A stretch of 64,000 nt of DNA from Eledone cirrhosa (lineage: Eukaryota), in NCBI GenBank assembly GCA_964016885.1, contig OZ024743.1, positions 338,830,001 to 338,894,000 of the forward strand, written 5' to 3'. Under the pieces are notes generated by a model that was given only the letters and a program-made list of their open reading frames with translations, was not told the origin of the DNA and searched no databases. Positions 1 through 13,747 of this stretch are shown here, piece by piece (position 1 is the stretch's first letter; the number at the start of each line of letters is the position of its first letter). The position numbers were made by a program, and so were the translations under genes.

Positions 1-3000
1 ACTACATCTTTTATGCACCCATACTTTGCATTTGGGACATAAAATGGAGTTTCTACCTACGCCTTTCCTACACACTGAGCATGGCCATTTCCCAGATGAG
101 ACTGCCGCCTTATTTTCTTTCCTACAAACTAGAACTTTAGTCTTAGCCAGGTTAATTTTAAGGCCTTTTGATTCTAGGCCGTGCTTCCATGTTTGGAATT
201 TCTTCTCTAGTTCGGTCATTGATTCAGCTATGAGCGTTAGATTATCTGCGTATAGGAGTTCCCATGGGCAGCCGGTCTTGAACTCCTCTGTTATAGCCTG
301 AAGGCTGAAGGGCAATAATAAATAGTAGGGGGCTAAGAACAGAGCCCTGATGGACACCAACTTTTACGCTAAACTCTTCACTATATTCGTTGTTAATTCT
401 AACCTTACTGACTGTTTCTTTATACATGGCTTGTATAGCTCTCACAAGCCATTCGTCAACACCTAGTTTTCTAAGAGACCACCAGATAATGGAACGGGGG
501 ACTCTGTCGAAGGCTTTCTCCAAGTCGACGAAAGCTAGGTATAGGGGTTTACTTTTAGCTAGGTACTTCTCCTGTAGTTGTCGTACAATGAAAAGAGCGT
601 CTGTGGTACTTTTGCCTGACACAAACCCGAACTGCATTTCATCTAGATCAATTCTCTCTCTGATTAGTTGCGCTATTACTTTTTCCGTGACCTTCATGAC
701 CTGGTCGATTAATTTAATGCCTCTATAGTTACTCCTATCTAGGGCATCTCCTTTTCCCTTATAGCAGTTAACGATGATGCTGCTACGCCAGTCCTTCGGA
801 ACAACCCCATTCTGTACGACTTGGTTAACTATCCGAGTGACCATGGTGTGTCCCACCGAACCAGATGCCTTCAGCATCTCAGCAACTATTTCCGAAGGAC
901 CAGCCGCCTTACCCGTCTTCATATCTTTGATTGCCTTGCTTATTGTACTACCCTGGACTAACACTGCTGGTCCCTCTATTGGGTCGATGTGGGGGAGACT
1001 GTCTTTCTCCCATTTGTTCTCCTCATTTAGAAGCCTTTCGTAGTGACACTTCCAAGCTACCTTCTTATCAGCGTCGGTGATGGCAAGTATGCCATCATCG
1101 TTAAGTACACACTTCTCCCCGACAATATCACGGTTTTCCTTGACACATTGCCTGGCAATCCTGAACACCTCACGTTTTTGGTCCTCACGTTGTAGAACAT
1201 GCTTGAACTTTCTTTCCTCTGCTTCCCTTCTTGCGAAGTACACTTGTCTCCTAGCTTCCCTCCTGGCCACTTGATAGTCTTCTCTACTTCCCCCATCCCG
1301 CCATGCTTTCCAAGCCTGCTTTTTGGCCTTAATTGACTCCTCCACCTTACTGTTCCACCACCATGTTACTCTCCTCCTACCTACAGGCCTGCTCCAGCCA
1401 CAGACTTCGTCTGCCGCCGTCAGCAGGTTTGCTCTCAGGAATTCCCACTGTTCCTCTATATTATACGACTCTAATTGCTCTTCCTTACTGTCGAAAGCGT
1501 CAAGTAATATGCTTTGAAATTTATTTCTGGCTATGGGGTCCTTTAGCTTCCATATTTTTCTCCTGAGGATAGTCCTCTTCCGCTGTCTTGTACGTCTCGT
1601 CCTGACTATGAGGTCGCTAATTATCAGTCTATGTTGGGAGGTGAATTCTTCATGGGGGAGGGATTTAGTGTTAACAACAGACACTCTGTCACGTCTTCTG
1701 GTAAGGATATAATCTACCTGGCTTGTGTGTTCCCCCGATCTATAGGTGATCAAGTGATTGTCTCGTTTTTTGAAGTTAGTGTTACAGATAGTTAAGTTAT
1801 TTGCGTCGCAGAATTCCAGGATTCTGGAGCCTTCCTCATTTCTAGTACCGAACCCATAGCCTCCATGGATTCCGTCATAGCCGTCACAATGTTGTCCAAC
1901 GTGACCATTTAGGTCGCCTGTAATAACTATATAGTCACTGTCGGTTATTTGGGAGGTAGCGAGCATCAGTGTCTCGTAGAATCTGTCTTTTATAGCGCCG
2001 GGCAGTCCGGATTGTGGTGCGTACGCAGATATTACTGTCACCGTAGTTTTATTGAGGACAAGTCTTATTTTAATTATTCTGTCGTTCACTCTATTTACGT
2101 CTATTATCTTATCTGCCCACTTTTCTGCTACCATGATTCCTACCCCACCCAACCCATTGTCATTTCCCACCCAGAAAAGCTTATAGCATCGTTCTTTACC
2201 CACGATGAATCTAGCCGACCCTCCCCGCCACCTGGTCTCTTGAATACAACAAACATCGACCTCCTTACGTTCAAGCATTTCTACAACCTCGTTAGAGCGA
2301 CCCTTTAAGGTGCCTACATTCATGGTACCAACTCTGAAGTTTTGGATTGCGTTTGGAGGGTGGGCGCGGGGGGGGGGGGTATGTTAGCCATCGTGGGCCG
2401 AAACAAGGCGGAGTGCTTGCATTCTCGTCCACGAGGTGAATTTGTCTTTATCTTTGGCATTGTCGCTGAGCGTCCACATTTTTCTCTCTTCAACTCTCCA
2501 GAATTCCGTAGTCCATCCATCATATCGAAAAGCAACCAGTTAAGCGATAGTATGGGCCTCTGACTTATGATTGGTCCATGTAATAATGGTGGTGCGTGGG
2601 GGCGGGTGGGGGGGATGATGGGTTGTTAGCGAGAATGTAAGGTTTAAGATAAGATCGCCGTATTTTGGCCATAATTTAACAATAAACGAAAATACAAGAT
2701 TTGTTTTGTTTAAGAAAATACGATAGAGAAAATGCGATGATAGGGAAAATATGATTTTTAGAGAAAAAATATGATATAGAATGGTGAAAATATGATATAG
2801 TGTGAAATTAGGACATAGAATAGTGATTGAATGAATGGATTCGAATGGAGAGAAGAATCAAGAAAAATATTTGAACGTTACTTTATACCGCAGGAACAGC
2901 CATCCCAGAAATAGCGAGTTGGCGATTGTGATTAATTTTGGTAGGGTTTATCTTATATGTATAGAGAGGGAGGGGGGGGGGGCAGGAACCAGCATGATGT

Positions 3001-3239
3001 ATGGGTAGGGGGTAGAAGATGGGATGGAGCAGAGGTTAAGAGTTTAAATAGGTACTTTTTGCGTAAAACTTAGCAAGTTTAACAAAATATATTTCAAGGA
3101 ATATATAATAGTGATTTGTTTTGTTATGAAAATATGACAGAATTAAGCGAGAATGTAAGGTTTAAGATAAGATCGCCGTATTTTGGGCATAATTTAACAG
3201 TAAACGAAAATACAAGATTTGTTTTGTTTAAGAAAATAC
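1..3239 (-). mobile_element. RTE-clade LINE, subfamily A: 5' UTR, APE endonuclease and RT; runs off the left edge; frameshifted
   Basis: ORF 242..2323 has APE motifs (GTMNVGTL, CIQETRW, GDLNGHVG, QVDYIL) and RT motifs (FVDLEKAFDRVP, QGSVLSPLLF). A 7-nt duplication (gcctgaaggctgaag, ~296-310), absent in the sister copy at ~23091, shifts the frame just before YADD. The 5' boundary is approximate. Confidence 0.93.
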
Positions 3240-3287
3240 TTAATGTTTCATACATCTAATGATCTCTCTCTTTCTTTCACCCCGCAG

Positions 3288-3403
3288 ATTCCAGCAGGTA
3301 CACAGTCACATGACTATATCAGACTCCCAAGGAAAGGGATATCAAAAGTAAACAGTTCAGGATTTGGTGACCATATTGTACATGTACACATTTCTATACC
3401 AAA
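3288..3403 (+). CDS. DNAJA3: DNAJA3/Tid1 mitochondrial Hsp40, internal exon (C-terminal domain)
   Basis: cag|ATT...CCAAA|gtaagt; encodes IPAGTQSHDYIRLPRKGISKVNSSGFGDHIVHVHISIPK, matching human IPPGTQTDQKIRMGGKGIPRINSYGYGDHYIHIKIRVPK. Confidence 0.92.
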
Positions 3404-4555
3404 GTAAGTAGATCACATTTATTGTTGGTTTTAAAGACCCCCCCCCCCTCCTTCAGTCATGAATGACCATGGGATTTGCACCTAGAAAGTTCCCCCTCCA
3501 AGATAGAAGTTCAGGCAAAGTTTATGGAAGGTCAGCAGTCACCCACACATACCAGCCTCCCCTCCTCTACACCACTGATGTTGTCCAAGTGAAAGGCAAT
3601 GGCCGATACTGCTTGGCACCAGTGACATTGCAACTCATTTCTACAGCTGAGTGAACTGGAGCAATATGAAATAAAGTGTCTTGCTCAAGGACACAATGCA
3701 TCACCTGGTTCAAGAATAAAACTCACAATTTCCTGATTGCAAGCCCAGTGCTTTAACCATTAAGCCATGCACATTCACTATTATTAGTATTATTGTTGTT
3801 ATTGGTAGTGGTGTGAAGGCACTGGATTGACAGAATCTTTAAAGCATTGAACCAAATGTTTTGTGGTATTTAGTTATGAGTTCAAATCCTGCTGAGGTCA
3901 CCTTTGCCTTCATTTTTCCACGATCAATAAAATAATCTAATAATTGTTTCTACTTTTGGCACAAGGCTAGCAATTATCCCAGTGTATTACTGGTATTTTA
4001 TTTTATCGACCCCGTAATGATGAAAGGCAAAGTTAACCTCGCCGGGATTTGAACTCAGAATGGCAAGGGCCGTAACTCTTTGCTGCAAAGCATGGCGTCA
4101 GACCCTCTACCGATTCTGCCATCCACAAAGAACTGTTGGTGATATAATCAACTTCCCTTTCACCCAAAAGTATTAATGCTGTAAAATATATATTGTCAAT
4201 TGTATTGTATTTATTTTATTGTGTATGGAGATTGTTCTATTTGAGTTTTACTTTATTATAATTACTGTGGATTGGCCGAGTCAGTAGAGCGTCAGGCAAC
4301 ATGCTTAGCAGCATATAGTTTTGGCCCTTTATGTTCTGAGATCAAATCCCACTGAGGTTAACTTTTTGCCTTTCATCCTTATGGGGTCGATAAAATAAAG
4401 CACCAGTAATGCACTGGGGTAATTGCTGGCCTTGTGCCAAAAGTAAAAACAATTATTATTATTATTAGTTTGCTAAATGTGTAAAACATTTAATTAATTA
4501 ACCAACCAACAGTGTCTATAACTCCATGAAATATATTGTCTGTTGTCTTTGACAG

Positions 4556-4653
4556 ATCTTTAAATACATCACAAAAGTCTCTCCTATTGGCCTATGCTGA
4601 AAATGAGCAGGGTGTTGATGGTACTGTAAATGAAGTGGTGAAAACTACCTCTG
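4556..4653 (+). CDS. DNAJA3: DNAJA3/Tid1 exon
   Basis: gacag|A...TCTG|gtaagt; phase 2 in, phase 1 out; SLNTSQKSLLLAYAENEQGVDGTVNEVVKTTS matches human RLTSRQQSLILSYAEDETDVEGTVNGVTLTSS. Confidence 0.92.
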
Positions 4654-5000
4654 GTAAGTAGTCTAGTTGTTTGTTGTCTTCTGAATAAATAAAACTTGTG
4701 GACTGTACCATTTAATTGGGCAGGTGTAACGTGGACTGTACCATTTAATTAAGCAAGGTGGAACATATGAGGACTGTACCAATTAATTAGTAATGTCCGT
4801 TATCAATATACCATTCAGTTAAACATGTCTGTGGCCTTCATACTTTCATTGGGGTCGTCATTTAATTCATTTGTCTATTGAGAAAGGAGAGAGAGGAGAG
4901 GGAGAGAAAGGTGGGGTGAGTTCATAATCATTTTCATACCTTTGTATCCAGGTGTGTAGTAAATAATTGAGACATGAATGTTTGGCTTAATGTTGAGATT

Positions 5001-7688
5001 CATCATCATCACCGTTTTACGTCCGTTCTTCCACGCTAGCATGGGTTAGACGGGTTGTCCTGTTGTGGGCAGTGTCTGGTCGGCTGGCCATGCCTTGCTC
5101 ATACAGGAACTGATCTGGCTTGATTTCTACAGCTGGATGCCCTTCCTAACACCAACCTCATTTACAGTGAGTGCTGGGTGCTTTTTCGTGGCGCCTACAC
5201 GTCCACTTTACAGTGTGGGCTGGGTGCTTTTTTTGCCGTGGGACCTCCACGACCACCTTGCGGTGGGGGGTGTGGGGGCATATTGTTTATATGCTTCAGC
5301 ATGTACCCATGGGAGGTCGGGTACCCTGTATTACTGCGTGACGCCAGAAGTCACGGTCGTGTGTCATTGACTTTGAGAGGTGTAGTTGGGTAAGGTCGGC
5401 TTTTATCACCTCATCCCAAGTCATCTTGGGTCTCCCCACTCCGCGGTTTCCATCAACTTCTAGTGCTCTGCACCTTTTTATGCAGCTGTCATCCTTCATA
5501 CGCATCACATGTCCATACCAGCGTAACCGCCTCTCCTGCACGCAGCATTTGATTCCTCTTATGCTCAGTCTCTCTCTCAATTCCTTTATGCTTTGTCGTT
5601 CACGTATATTACTGTTACACATCCATCGGAGCATGCAGGCTTCGTTTCTCTCTAATCTACGTAAGTCTTCCACCTTCAGCGCCCAGGTCTCACTACCATG
5701 CAACATCGCTGTTCGGATACACGCATCATACAGTCTGCCTTTCATTCTGAGGGAGAAGCCTTTTGCAGCTAGCAGTGGTAGTAGTTCCCTAAACTTCTTC
5801 CATCCCGTTCTTACCCTAGTTATTGTACTTTCTGAGCACCCACCTCCGTTGCTAATTCGGTCACCTAGGTAGCAGAAGCTGTCTACTGTTTCTACAGGGC
5901 CCTCCCAGAGATTGGTGGTACTTGTTTCCTGTGGCTGTTTGCTTGCTGTTTCAGCACAGCTGCTGCATGTGAATCCTACATTCTTAATTAAGCTTCCTGA
6001 GATCCCGCTACATCTCTTGTGTACCCATTGTTTGCATTTGGGGCAGAGAATGGAGTTCCTACCTACACCTTTCCTACATACTGAGCAAGGCCATTTCCCT
6101 GAGGGGATCTGGGTTCTGTTTTCTCGTCTACTTATAAGGACCTTAGTCTTTGTCATGTTGACTTTGAGGCCCTTTCTCTCTAGTCCCTGCTTCCAGGTTT
6201 GGAATTTATTCTCTAGTTCTACCATAGATTCAGCTATGAGTGCGAGGTCATCAGCATACAGGAGTTCCCATGGGCATCCGGTCTTAAACTCCTCCGTTAT
6301 TGCCTGCAGGACTATGATGAACAGGAGAGGGCTAAGAACAGAGCCCTGGTGGACCCCAACCTGTACGCTAAATTCCTCGCTATACTCATTGCCAATCCTA
6401 ACTTTGCTGACTGCTCCCCTATACATGGCTTGTACCGCTTTCACAAGCCATTCATCTACTCCTAGTTTTCTAAGAGCCCACCAGATTACTGCACGTGGAA
6501 CTCTGTCAAAGGCTTTCTCAAGGTCGACAAATGCCAAGTAGAGTGGCTTACTTTTAGCTAGGTACTTTTCCTGTAATTGCCTCACAAGGAAGAGGGCATC
6601 AGTGGTGCCTTTCCCTGGTACAAACCCAAATTGCATCTCGTCTATATTCACCCGGTCCCTAATCAGCTGTGCTATAACTCTTTCTGTTACTTTCATGACC
6701 TGGTCCATCAACTTTATACCTCTATAGTTTCCTCTATCTAGTGCATCGCCTTTACCTTTGTAGCAGTTGACAATGATGCTACTGCACCAATCTTTTGGTA
6801 TGGCCCCCTCTAGTATTACCTGGTTAACGATACGTGTGGTTATAGTGTGACCTACAGACCCAGATGCCTTCAGCATCTCGGCAGCTATACCCGTTGGACC
6901 GGTTGCCTTCCCTATCTTCATATCTCTGATTGCCTTACTTACTACGCTGCCGCTGACTTGTACTGCTGGTCCCTCTATAGGGTCTACGTGGGGTAGGGTC
7001 TCTTCTTCCCATGCATTCTCCTCATTTAGTAATCTATCATAATGACTCTTCCATGCATCTTTCTTCTCAGCACTTGTGAGGGCAAGCTCACCTTTATCAT
7101 TCCGGATACACTTCTCTCCAATGACATCACAACTATCTCTGACACACTGCCTCGCAATCTTGAATACCTCCTGTTTCTGGTCCTCACGTTGTAAAACATG
7201 CTTGAATTTTCTATCCTCTGCTTCCCTCCTAGCTAAGTATACTTGTCGCCTAGCTTCCCTCTTGGTCTCTATGTAATGTACCCTGCTCCCCCCGTTCTTC
7301 CATTCTTTCCATGCCTGTCTCTTGGCCTTGACTGCTTCATCTACCTTATTGTTCCACCACCAAGTCACTCGCCTCCTGCTTGAGGTCTTACTCCAGCCAC
7401 AAACCTCATCCGTCGCCTCTAGTAAGTTATTTTTTAGGAATTCCCAGTTCTCTTCTACGTTAAATGTCTCTATCTGTTCTTCTTTACTGTCGTAGGCGTT
7501 GAGTAAAATATCTTTAAATCTGTTACTGGTTGAGGGGACTTTCAGCTTCCAGATCTTTCTTCTCCAGGTTGGCCTCTGTTTCAGGGCTCGTCTAGTTCTG
7601 ACCGTGAGGTCGCTGACAACTAAGCTATGTTGGGATGTACATTCCTCACTAGGGAAGGCTTTTGTGTTTACGACCGTCCATCTGTCAC
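5001..7688 (-). mobile_element. RTE LINE subfamily B, 5'-truncated, RT frame intact (copy 1)
   Basis: ORF 5296..7368 with RT motifs (LLYADDL), a Cys/His insert, and a 3' UTR ending in a (GAT)n tail. Confidence 0.95.
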
Positions 7689-7881
7689 ATTATTTCAGTT
7701 AAATTTTAGTTTGGTTCAGTGTATGTAGACGTGTGTGTGTGTATGTATGTATGTATATATATATGTATGTATGTATATTTATATATATATATGTGGCAAC
7801 ATGAATAGACCTGTTATTTTTCTCTAAAAACATTTTTTCCGATTCCGTTCCGCCCGTCCTTTCAACCTTTCTAATTTCTCA

Positions 7882-7925
7882 TTCTTTCTTCTGATGAAGG
7901 ACTAGCATCCGAAACGTTAAGACCC
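7882..7925 (+). ncRNA. Minimal Penelope-type hammerhead ribozyme motif
   Basis: UCUU-CUGAUGA-a-GGA(cuagca)UCC-GAAACGUU-AAGA: core, stem II, palindromic ACGU stem III, 4-bp stem I. Confidence 0.55.
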
Positions 7926-8046
7926 TCTTCATGCTATTTCAAGTGTCAAGCTAAATTATTCCTTCCATATACTTACATACATACATTATATATATATATA
8001 TATATAAACTTCATATGGATTTCCAGAGTCATTAGAGCATCAGATA

Positions 8047-8748
8047 ACGTTGGTATGGTCACGTGATGCGCATGAAAGACGATAGCTGTATAACAAAGTG
8101 CAGGGCAATAAAGATAGACGGTAGCCACGGAATAGGCAGACCCAGAAAAACCTGGGACGAGCTGATAAATTCCGACCTCACACACTTACACCTCTCCAAG
8201 ACAATGTCACTGGACCGAGACCTTTGGCGGTACTCAGTAATAGAGAAGACCCGCCTTACCTAAATACAAAATAAAACCTACTACAGTCAGTAGGCATCTC
8301 TAACAAAATACACCCCCGTCCCACCACCCCCACCCCATCCACACCGCCCCTTTCAATGTAAAGTTATGTTGGTGCCACAACATCCAGGCCGAAACAAATG
8401 AGATCGTGTAGGTGTCACGACAAAAAAACACACAGTCCACGCTGTAATGTGGCCGTGTAGGCAACACGGTAAAAACCTCCCAGCTCCACACTGTAAATGT
8501 AGTTGGTGTTAGGAAGGGCATCCAGCTGTAGAAAACCCGCCAGACAGTCCATGCTGAGGCAACACGGTAAAAACCTCCCAGCCCCACACTGTAAATGTGG
8601 TTGGTATTAGGAAGGGCATCCAGCTGAAGAAAACCCGCCAGACAGTCCTATGCGAGCAAGACAATCACTCTTGCCTCAAGTGGGAAAACCCCCGTCCAAA
8701 CCCATGCAAGCGTGGAACACGGACATTAAACGTTGATGATGATGATGA
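8047..8748 (+). mobile_element. RTE subfamily A 3' fragment
   Basis: RWYGHVMRMKDDS...GRPRKTW C-terminus plus 3' UTR with (GAT)n tail. Confidence 0.9.
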
Positions 8749-9610
8749 TAAATACTTTGCAGTATTTGTACTGGCTCTCTATGTTCAGTTCCCACCAAGG
8801 TCAATTTTGTTTTTCATTCTTCTGGAGTCGATTTAAAGTACCAGCGATGTACTTGGGTCGATTTATTTGACTTTCCCATCCCCCAAAATTGTTGGCCTTG
8901 TGCCAAAATTAGAAACCATTATATGATTGAGATTACTCTTTGTTGCTATTCTGAGTTTCAAAATTGCTGGTCTGGCAAGCACCACGATCGTTGGTGGCCC
9001 ACGGGGCTACAGAAGACATACCTCGGTGTTGGAGAAGATATACCCACAGGTATAAAGAAGACTCACCCACTGTTCCATGTAAACGGTGGCACTTGGCTTG
9101 ACTACCTCACTTTCACCATCACTTTTGTCCTCCATTCCCACCAACCTTGTCTTCGTTAGTATCAGTATTATCATCACAAACCCCACCACACTCCACCCAT
9201 ATTACTATCCTCTCCCCCAGCCCTCCCCACACTTCTGTATGCATGGCATCACTATTTACCTTACCCTCTTGGTAGGTGCCATGATCAAGGCACTCAGGTC
9301 ACTCTGGAAACTTGTAGAGATTTTGAAAGTAAATTATATGGAATACAGAAGACTCTCCAGGTATCTTAAGAATATGACAATCTCTCTAGAGTTAGTGCCA
9401 TGTTAAAATACACCCTGTACACTGTAAATTGGAAGTGCTGGTGCTACGATAAAATGCACTGATTACACTCAGTTAGTGTTAGTGGTGCAACAATAAAATA
9501 CTCTCAGTGCACTCTGTTAGTGCTGGTGTCACAATAAAGTGCACTCAGTACACTCTGTAAAGAGATAGTGCATGCAAAATGGACATAAAATAATGATATG
9601 AATTATATAT

Positions 9611-9943
9611 CATCATCATCATCATTGTAGGTCCACTTTTCCATGCTTGCAAGGGATGAGAACTGATTCTGGCTTGATTTCTACAGCTGGATGCCCTTCC
9701 TAACACCAACCTCATTTACAGTGTGTGCTGGGAGCTTTTTTGCCATGGCACCACCACGATCACTTTGCAGTGGAATGATATGGACCCCAGTCCCTATCAT
9801 CTCATTTCTACAGCTGAGTTAACTGGAGCAATGTGAAATAAAGTGTCTTGCTCAAGGAAACAACATATCACCCGGTCTGAGAATTGAACTCACAACCTTT
9901 TGATTGCAAGGCCAATGCTCTAACCACCAGGCCATGTGCCTCC
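9611..9943 (-). mobile_element. tRNA-derived CORE-type SINE with RTE-like 3' tail
   Basis: tRNA-like head with A/B boxes; central CCTTGAGCAAGACACTT...CTCAGCTGTAGAAATGAG resembles the MIR CORE domain; 3' part shared with the RTE 3' UTR. Confidence 0.8.
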
Positions 9944-10459
9944 ATATATATATAAATATGAAAACATGGCGTGCTGCGTGGTTGCAAATGGGTTACATAT
10001 GAATAAATTTAGTCCTTCATCAGTGATCTTCCAACCTTCATTGGTATTTCATCGCTTTAAAGACCATATACCTCTGGTTGGTGCGAGCAACAGCTAAAGA
10101 AAGTCGAAGGGACACGTAAATAGGGGGAACGAGTGAGACAATAAACAAACAAAGATGGTAATGCAACGAAAAGTGAGGAAGAAGGAGTCAAGTCCCTGAA
10201 ATCGATGAACATAAGTTCTGTGAAATCGTGGACGAGAGAGAATAAAGACCATCAAACCTGGGGTCCATATCATTCCACTGCAAAGTGGTCGTGCAGGTGC
10301 CATGGCAAAAAAGCACCCAGCACTTACTGTAAATGAGGTTGGTGTTAGGAAGGGCATCCAGCTGTATAAATCAAGCCAGAATCAGTTCCCGTTCCACCCT
10401 TGCAAGCAGGGAAAAAGCAGACGTAAAATGAAATGATGATGATGATGATGATATATATT

Positions 10460-12140
10460 TATAAGGAACACGGCCGCAACGTTAATTACACTGGTGATGG
10501 TATAGGTAACTTACCACGCAATAAAGATCATGACCCCGGTGACAGTGACCACTGTAGCTTACTCGAATTATCCCCCTACCATAAAATCAACAAAGGCGGC
10601 AGCCTACTACCAACGCCTTCCAACCAACATCTTCCTGTACATAAATATGGAAGAAGGAAGAGTGCACCTGAGCATAAAGTGAAAGGGGCACATAACGGGC
10701 TACAGCGCATTAACATGCATAAGAACGGTCACCTTGATGGAACCACCCGTAGCAAACGTACAAGGACACGTAATCGCCACCGTAACGTCCTATGGTTCCC
10801 CCCCCCCCCCCCCTACTCTCGGAGTGTGGCCTCCAACATACCTTGGATATTCTTCGAAGCCTTAGAGAAGAACTTTCCGCCCAACCATAGGTATAGAAAA
10901 ATTCTTAATAGGAACAATATAAAAATATCCTTCTCTACTACTCCTAACCTAGCAGACATCATGGGAACAACGAACCACAGTAAGATCACCAAGACACACC
11001 ACTTTGACACAGATGCACCTACACCTGACAATAACTATATCGGCCTTAACAACTCCCTAGCAGCATCCAATAGTGCTGGCAACGGCCTCTTCAGACACAA
11101 CCAGCATAACTGCGACATGACTGGGGAACATGCAGGACATGGCAGGTGGAATAATAATCGTACCACCCCGCGCACTGTGGGTTGTAATGGTGCTAACGAC
11201 AGCTGTGGGAGCGTAGATAACAACGTAGACAGCAACAATGATAGCCTTACCGGGGGAAGTGGAAGGAACCGCAACAGGGGACACTGCCCCCTTAGAGGAT
11301 ACTGCTTGACTGATAGGGTTATATATAGGTGCACTGTAACTAGCCACAATAGCGTTAAACATTATATAGGGGTTATCTCCGGCCCGTTCAAAATTAGATT
11401 TCGAACACATCTCCACTCTTTCACAAATAAGAAACTAAGACACTCCACTTCGCTCGCGGACTACATCACATCATTAAAAGACTTAAACATCAGCTTCTCC
11501 ACGCACTGGGATATTGTCGGCAGGGCTGCACCGTACAACTTCAAGAGGAAGTGCGACCTTTGCCTCATGGAGCTCTACCACATCATAACCATCCCACGAG
11601 CTCATCAACAGCAAAGCTGAAACGACGATAAGTTGTACACATCACTTAAAAATATCCTTCTTCAGATGGGTTAAGGATGAGGAGTGAAACCATGTACTGG
11701 GTCTCCCTGCAACAAGCTTTAACACCCCGGCGAGCAGGCGCTGCAAAAACACCCAGGAAACTAACCATGCATCCTAGACCCAGGCAAGCAGATGTGGCAA
11801 ACACACGTCTCAAAATAAGCGTTCATTACATGACCCTGTGCGTATCGACAATGGTAAGGTTGTAACCACATCTTGTAACGGATAAAAAATTTGTCCGGGA
11901 AAGACTGCCCTAACACCGCCCAGAGTTACCTACCTTGACCTACTGCAAAATCAAAACATGCTTTTTTTGCGAAGAATGAATCTTGACGTGAACTTAACCC
12001 CAAAAACTCTTTCCAAGCAATGTAAGGAACACTTTTGGTTATTTATGCCCTTCACAAGCCCAACTGGGCGAAACGTACGTAGGAGCTGTTTTAAATAAAC
12101 ATGTTTTAACGGTCTATTCTCCGATTTCTTACTTTTCCAT
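10460..12140 (+). mobile_element. Penelope-like element 3' fragment (GIY-YIG endonuclease)
   Basis: ORF 10433..11620: VLWFPPP..YS, CPLRGYCL..VIY...YIG...FKIRFRTHLHSF...CDLCLME; degenerate hammerhead-like GCCCA-AC-TGGGC-GAAACGTACGTA at ~12058-12081; no RT present. Confidence 0.85.
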
Positions 12141-12171
12141 GTATATTTATATATATATATATATATATGAT

Positions 12172-12494
12172 GGAGGCACATGGCTTAGTGGTTAGAGCAT
12201 TGGCCTTGCAATCAGTTCAATTCTCAGACCGGGTGATGTGTTGTTTCCTTGAGCAAGACACTTTATTTCACATTGCTCCAGTTTACTCAGCTGTAGAAAT
12301 GAGATGATAGGGACTGGGTTCCATATCATTCCACTGCAAAGTGGTCGTGGAGGTGCCACGGCAAAAAAGCACCCAGCACTCACTGTAAATTAGGTTGGTG
12401 TTAGGAAGGGCATCCAACTGTAGAAATCAAGTCAGAATCAGTTCTCGTCCCACCCTTGCAAGCAAGGAAAAGGGGACGTAAAGTGATGATGATG
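12172..12494 (+). mobile_element. CORE-type tRNA-SINE copy
   Basis: GGAGGCACATGGCTTAGTGGTTAGAGC head; same body as 9611-9943. Confidence 0.8.
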
Positions 12495-12688
12495 AGATAT
12501 ATATATATATATATTTATATCTATATTTAAAAGGAAAAAATGAAACGAAATTTCATTTCCCACTCTTAGTACGGCTGTACTAGTTTCAAGCGTTAACCCA
12601 CTCGATATGCAAATTGGGCTACTCAGCCGTTAATATGCATAAGGAAAGTATATACTTTCAGACGTTCAACAATCTGGCAGGAAGGTAT

Positions 12689-12731
12689 ACGTTGCTGACG
12701 ATAGCTAATAAGCTTGAAACTAGTACAGCGT
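12689..12731 (+). ncRNA. Minimal hammerhead ribozyme in a Penelope-like terminal repeat unit
   Basis: ACGUUG-CUGACGA-uAGCU(aaua)AGCUu-GAAACUAGUA-CAGCGU: 6-bp stem I, palindromic ACUAGU stem III, GUA cleavage triplet. Confidence 0.7.
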
Positions 12732-13440
12732 TCCTTTGTCAGTGTTGAATAAACGAGCAACGATGGTTGCTAGACCCAACGGCTTAATACGGGATGTTTG
12801 TTTACAAACACACCGAGCATTATAATGGATGTTCGGTGAATCCATGCGTGCATATATATATGTGTGCATGTATGTATATATATATACATACTACTGTACG
12901 TCTGTATACATATATGTATGTACGTGTACTTACTTATATTTATATATATTTATATATATATATATATATTTAGTATAAAAGAGAAAACACAGGTAAGCAT
13001 TAAGAGAAGGATTTTATCCAGGTATTTACGACCGTTTCATTGGTAAGTGCAACCTTATATTGCTATACTGCAAATAGCAGCCACTCAATTATAATTGTTG
13101 TTCACAGTCCAAATTTTCAAAATAGTGAGTAAGTTACTCTTGAAATAATTCTTAATATATAGAGAAAAACATTTATTTGGAATTGTATTTACTAGTATAG
13201 AGAGAGAGGAATCAGAAGGTGAGGGGACAAATGGAATAGTATAGAGAAAGAGGAAGGGAGAAGAGGTAGGAAGTAGAGTGACAAACTGAGATGGAGGGAG
13301 GGGTTGAGGTGGAAGGATTCCTTGGTCAGTTTTGATAGCAGACCTCATGTCTTGGAATGTAGTGAGTTAAAGAGAATTAAATTGATCATAGTGGGATGGA
13401 TGGATAGAGAAAGAGAGAGAGAGGGGAGAGATATAAAGAG

Positions 13441-13473
<33 letters not shown>

Positions 13474-13476
<3 letters not shown>

Positions 13477-13747
13477 TCATCATCATCATCATTTCATTTT
13501 ACGTCCACTTTTCCCTGCTTGCAAGGGTGGGACGGGAACTGATTCTGGCTTGATTTCTACAGCTGGATGCCCTTCCTAACACCAACCTCATTTACAGTGA
13601 GTGCTGGGTGCTTTTTTTTTTGCCGTGGCACCTCCACGACCACTTTGCAGTGGAATGATAGTGACCCCAGTCCCTATCATCTCATTTCTACAGCTGAGTA
13701 AACTGGAGCAATGTGAAATAAAGTGCCTTGCTCAAGGAAACAACACA
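13474..13747 (-). mobile_element. CORE-type SINE, head truncated
   Basis: Near-identical to the 9611-9943 body. Confidence 0.75.

Noticed and set aside
5426-6541. Long plus-strand ORFs opposite RTE ORFs (also 16384-17484, 22155-23096)
   Set aside because: Antisense shadows of the RT frame with no independent motifs
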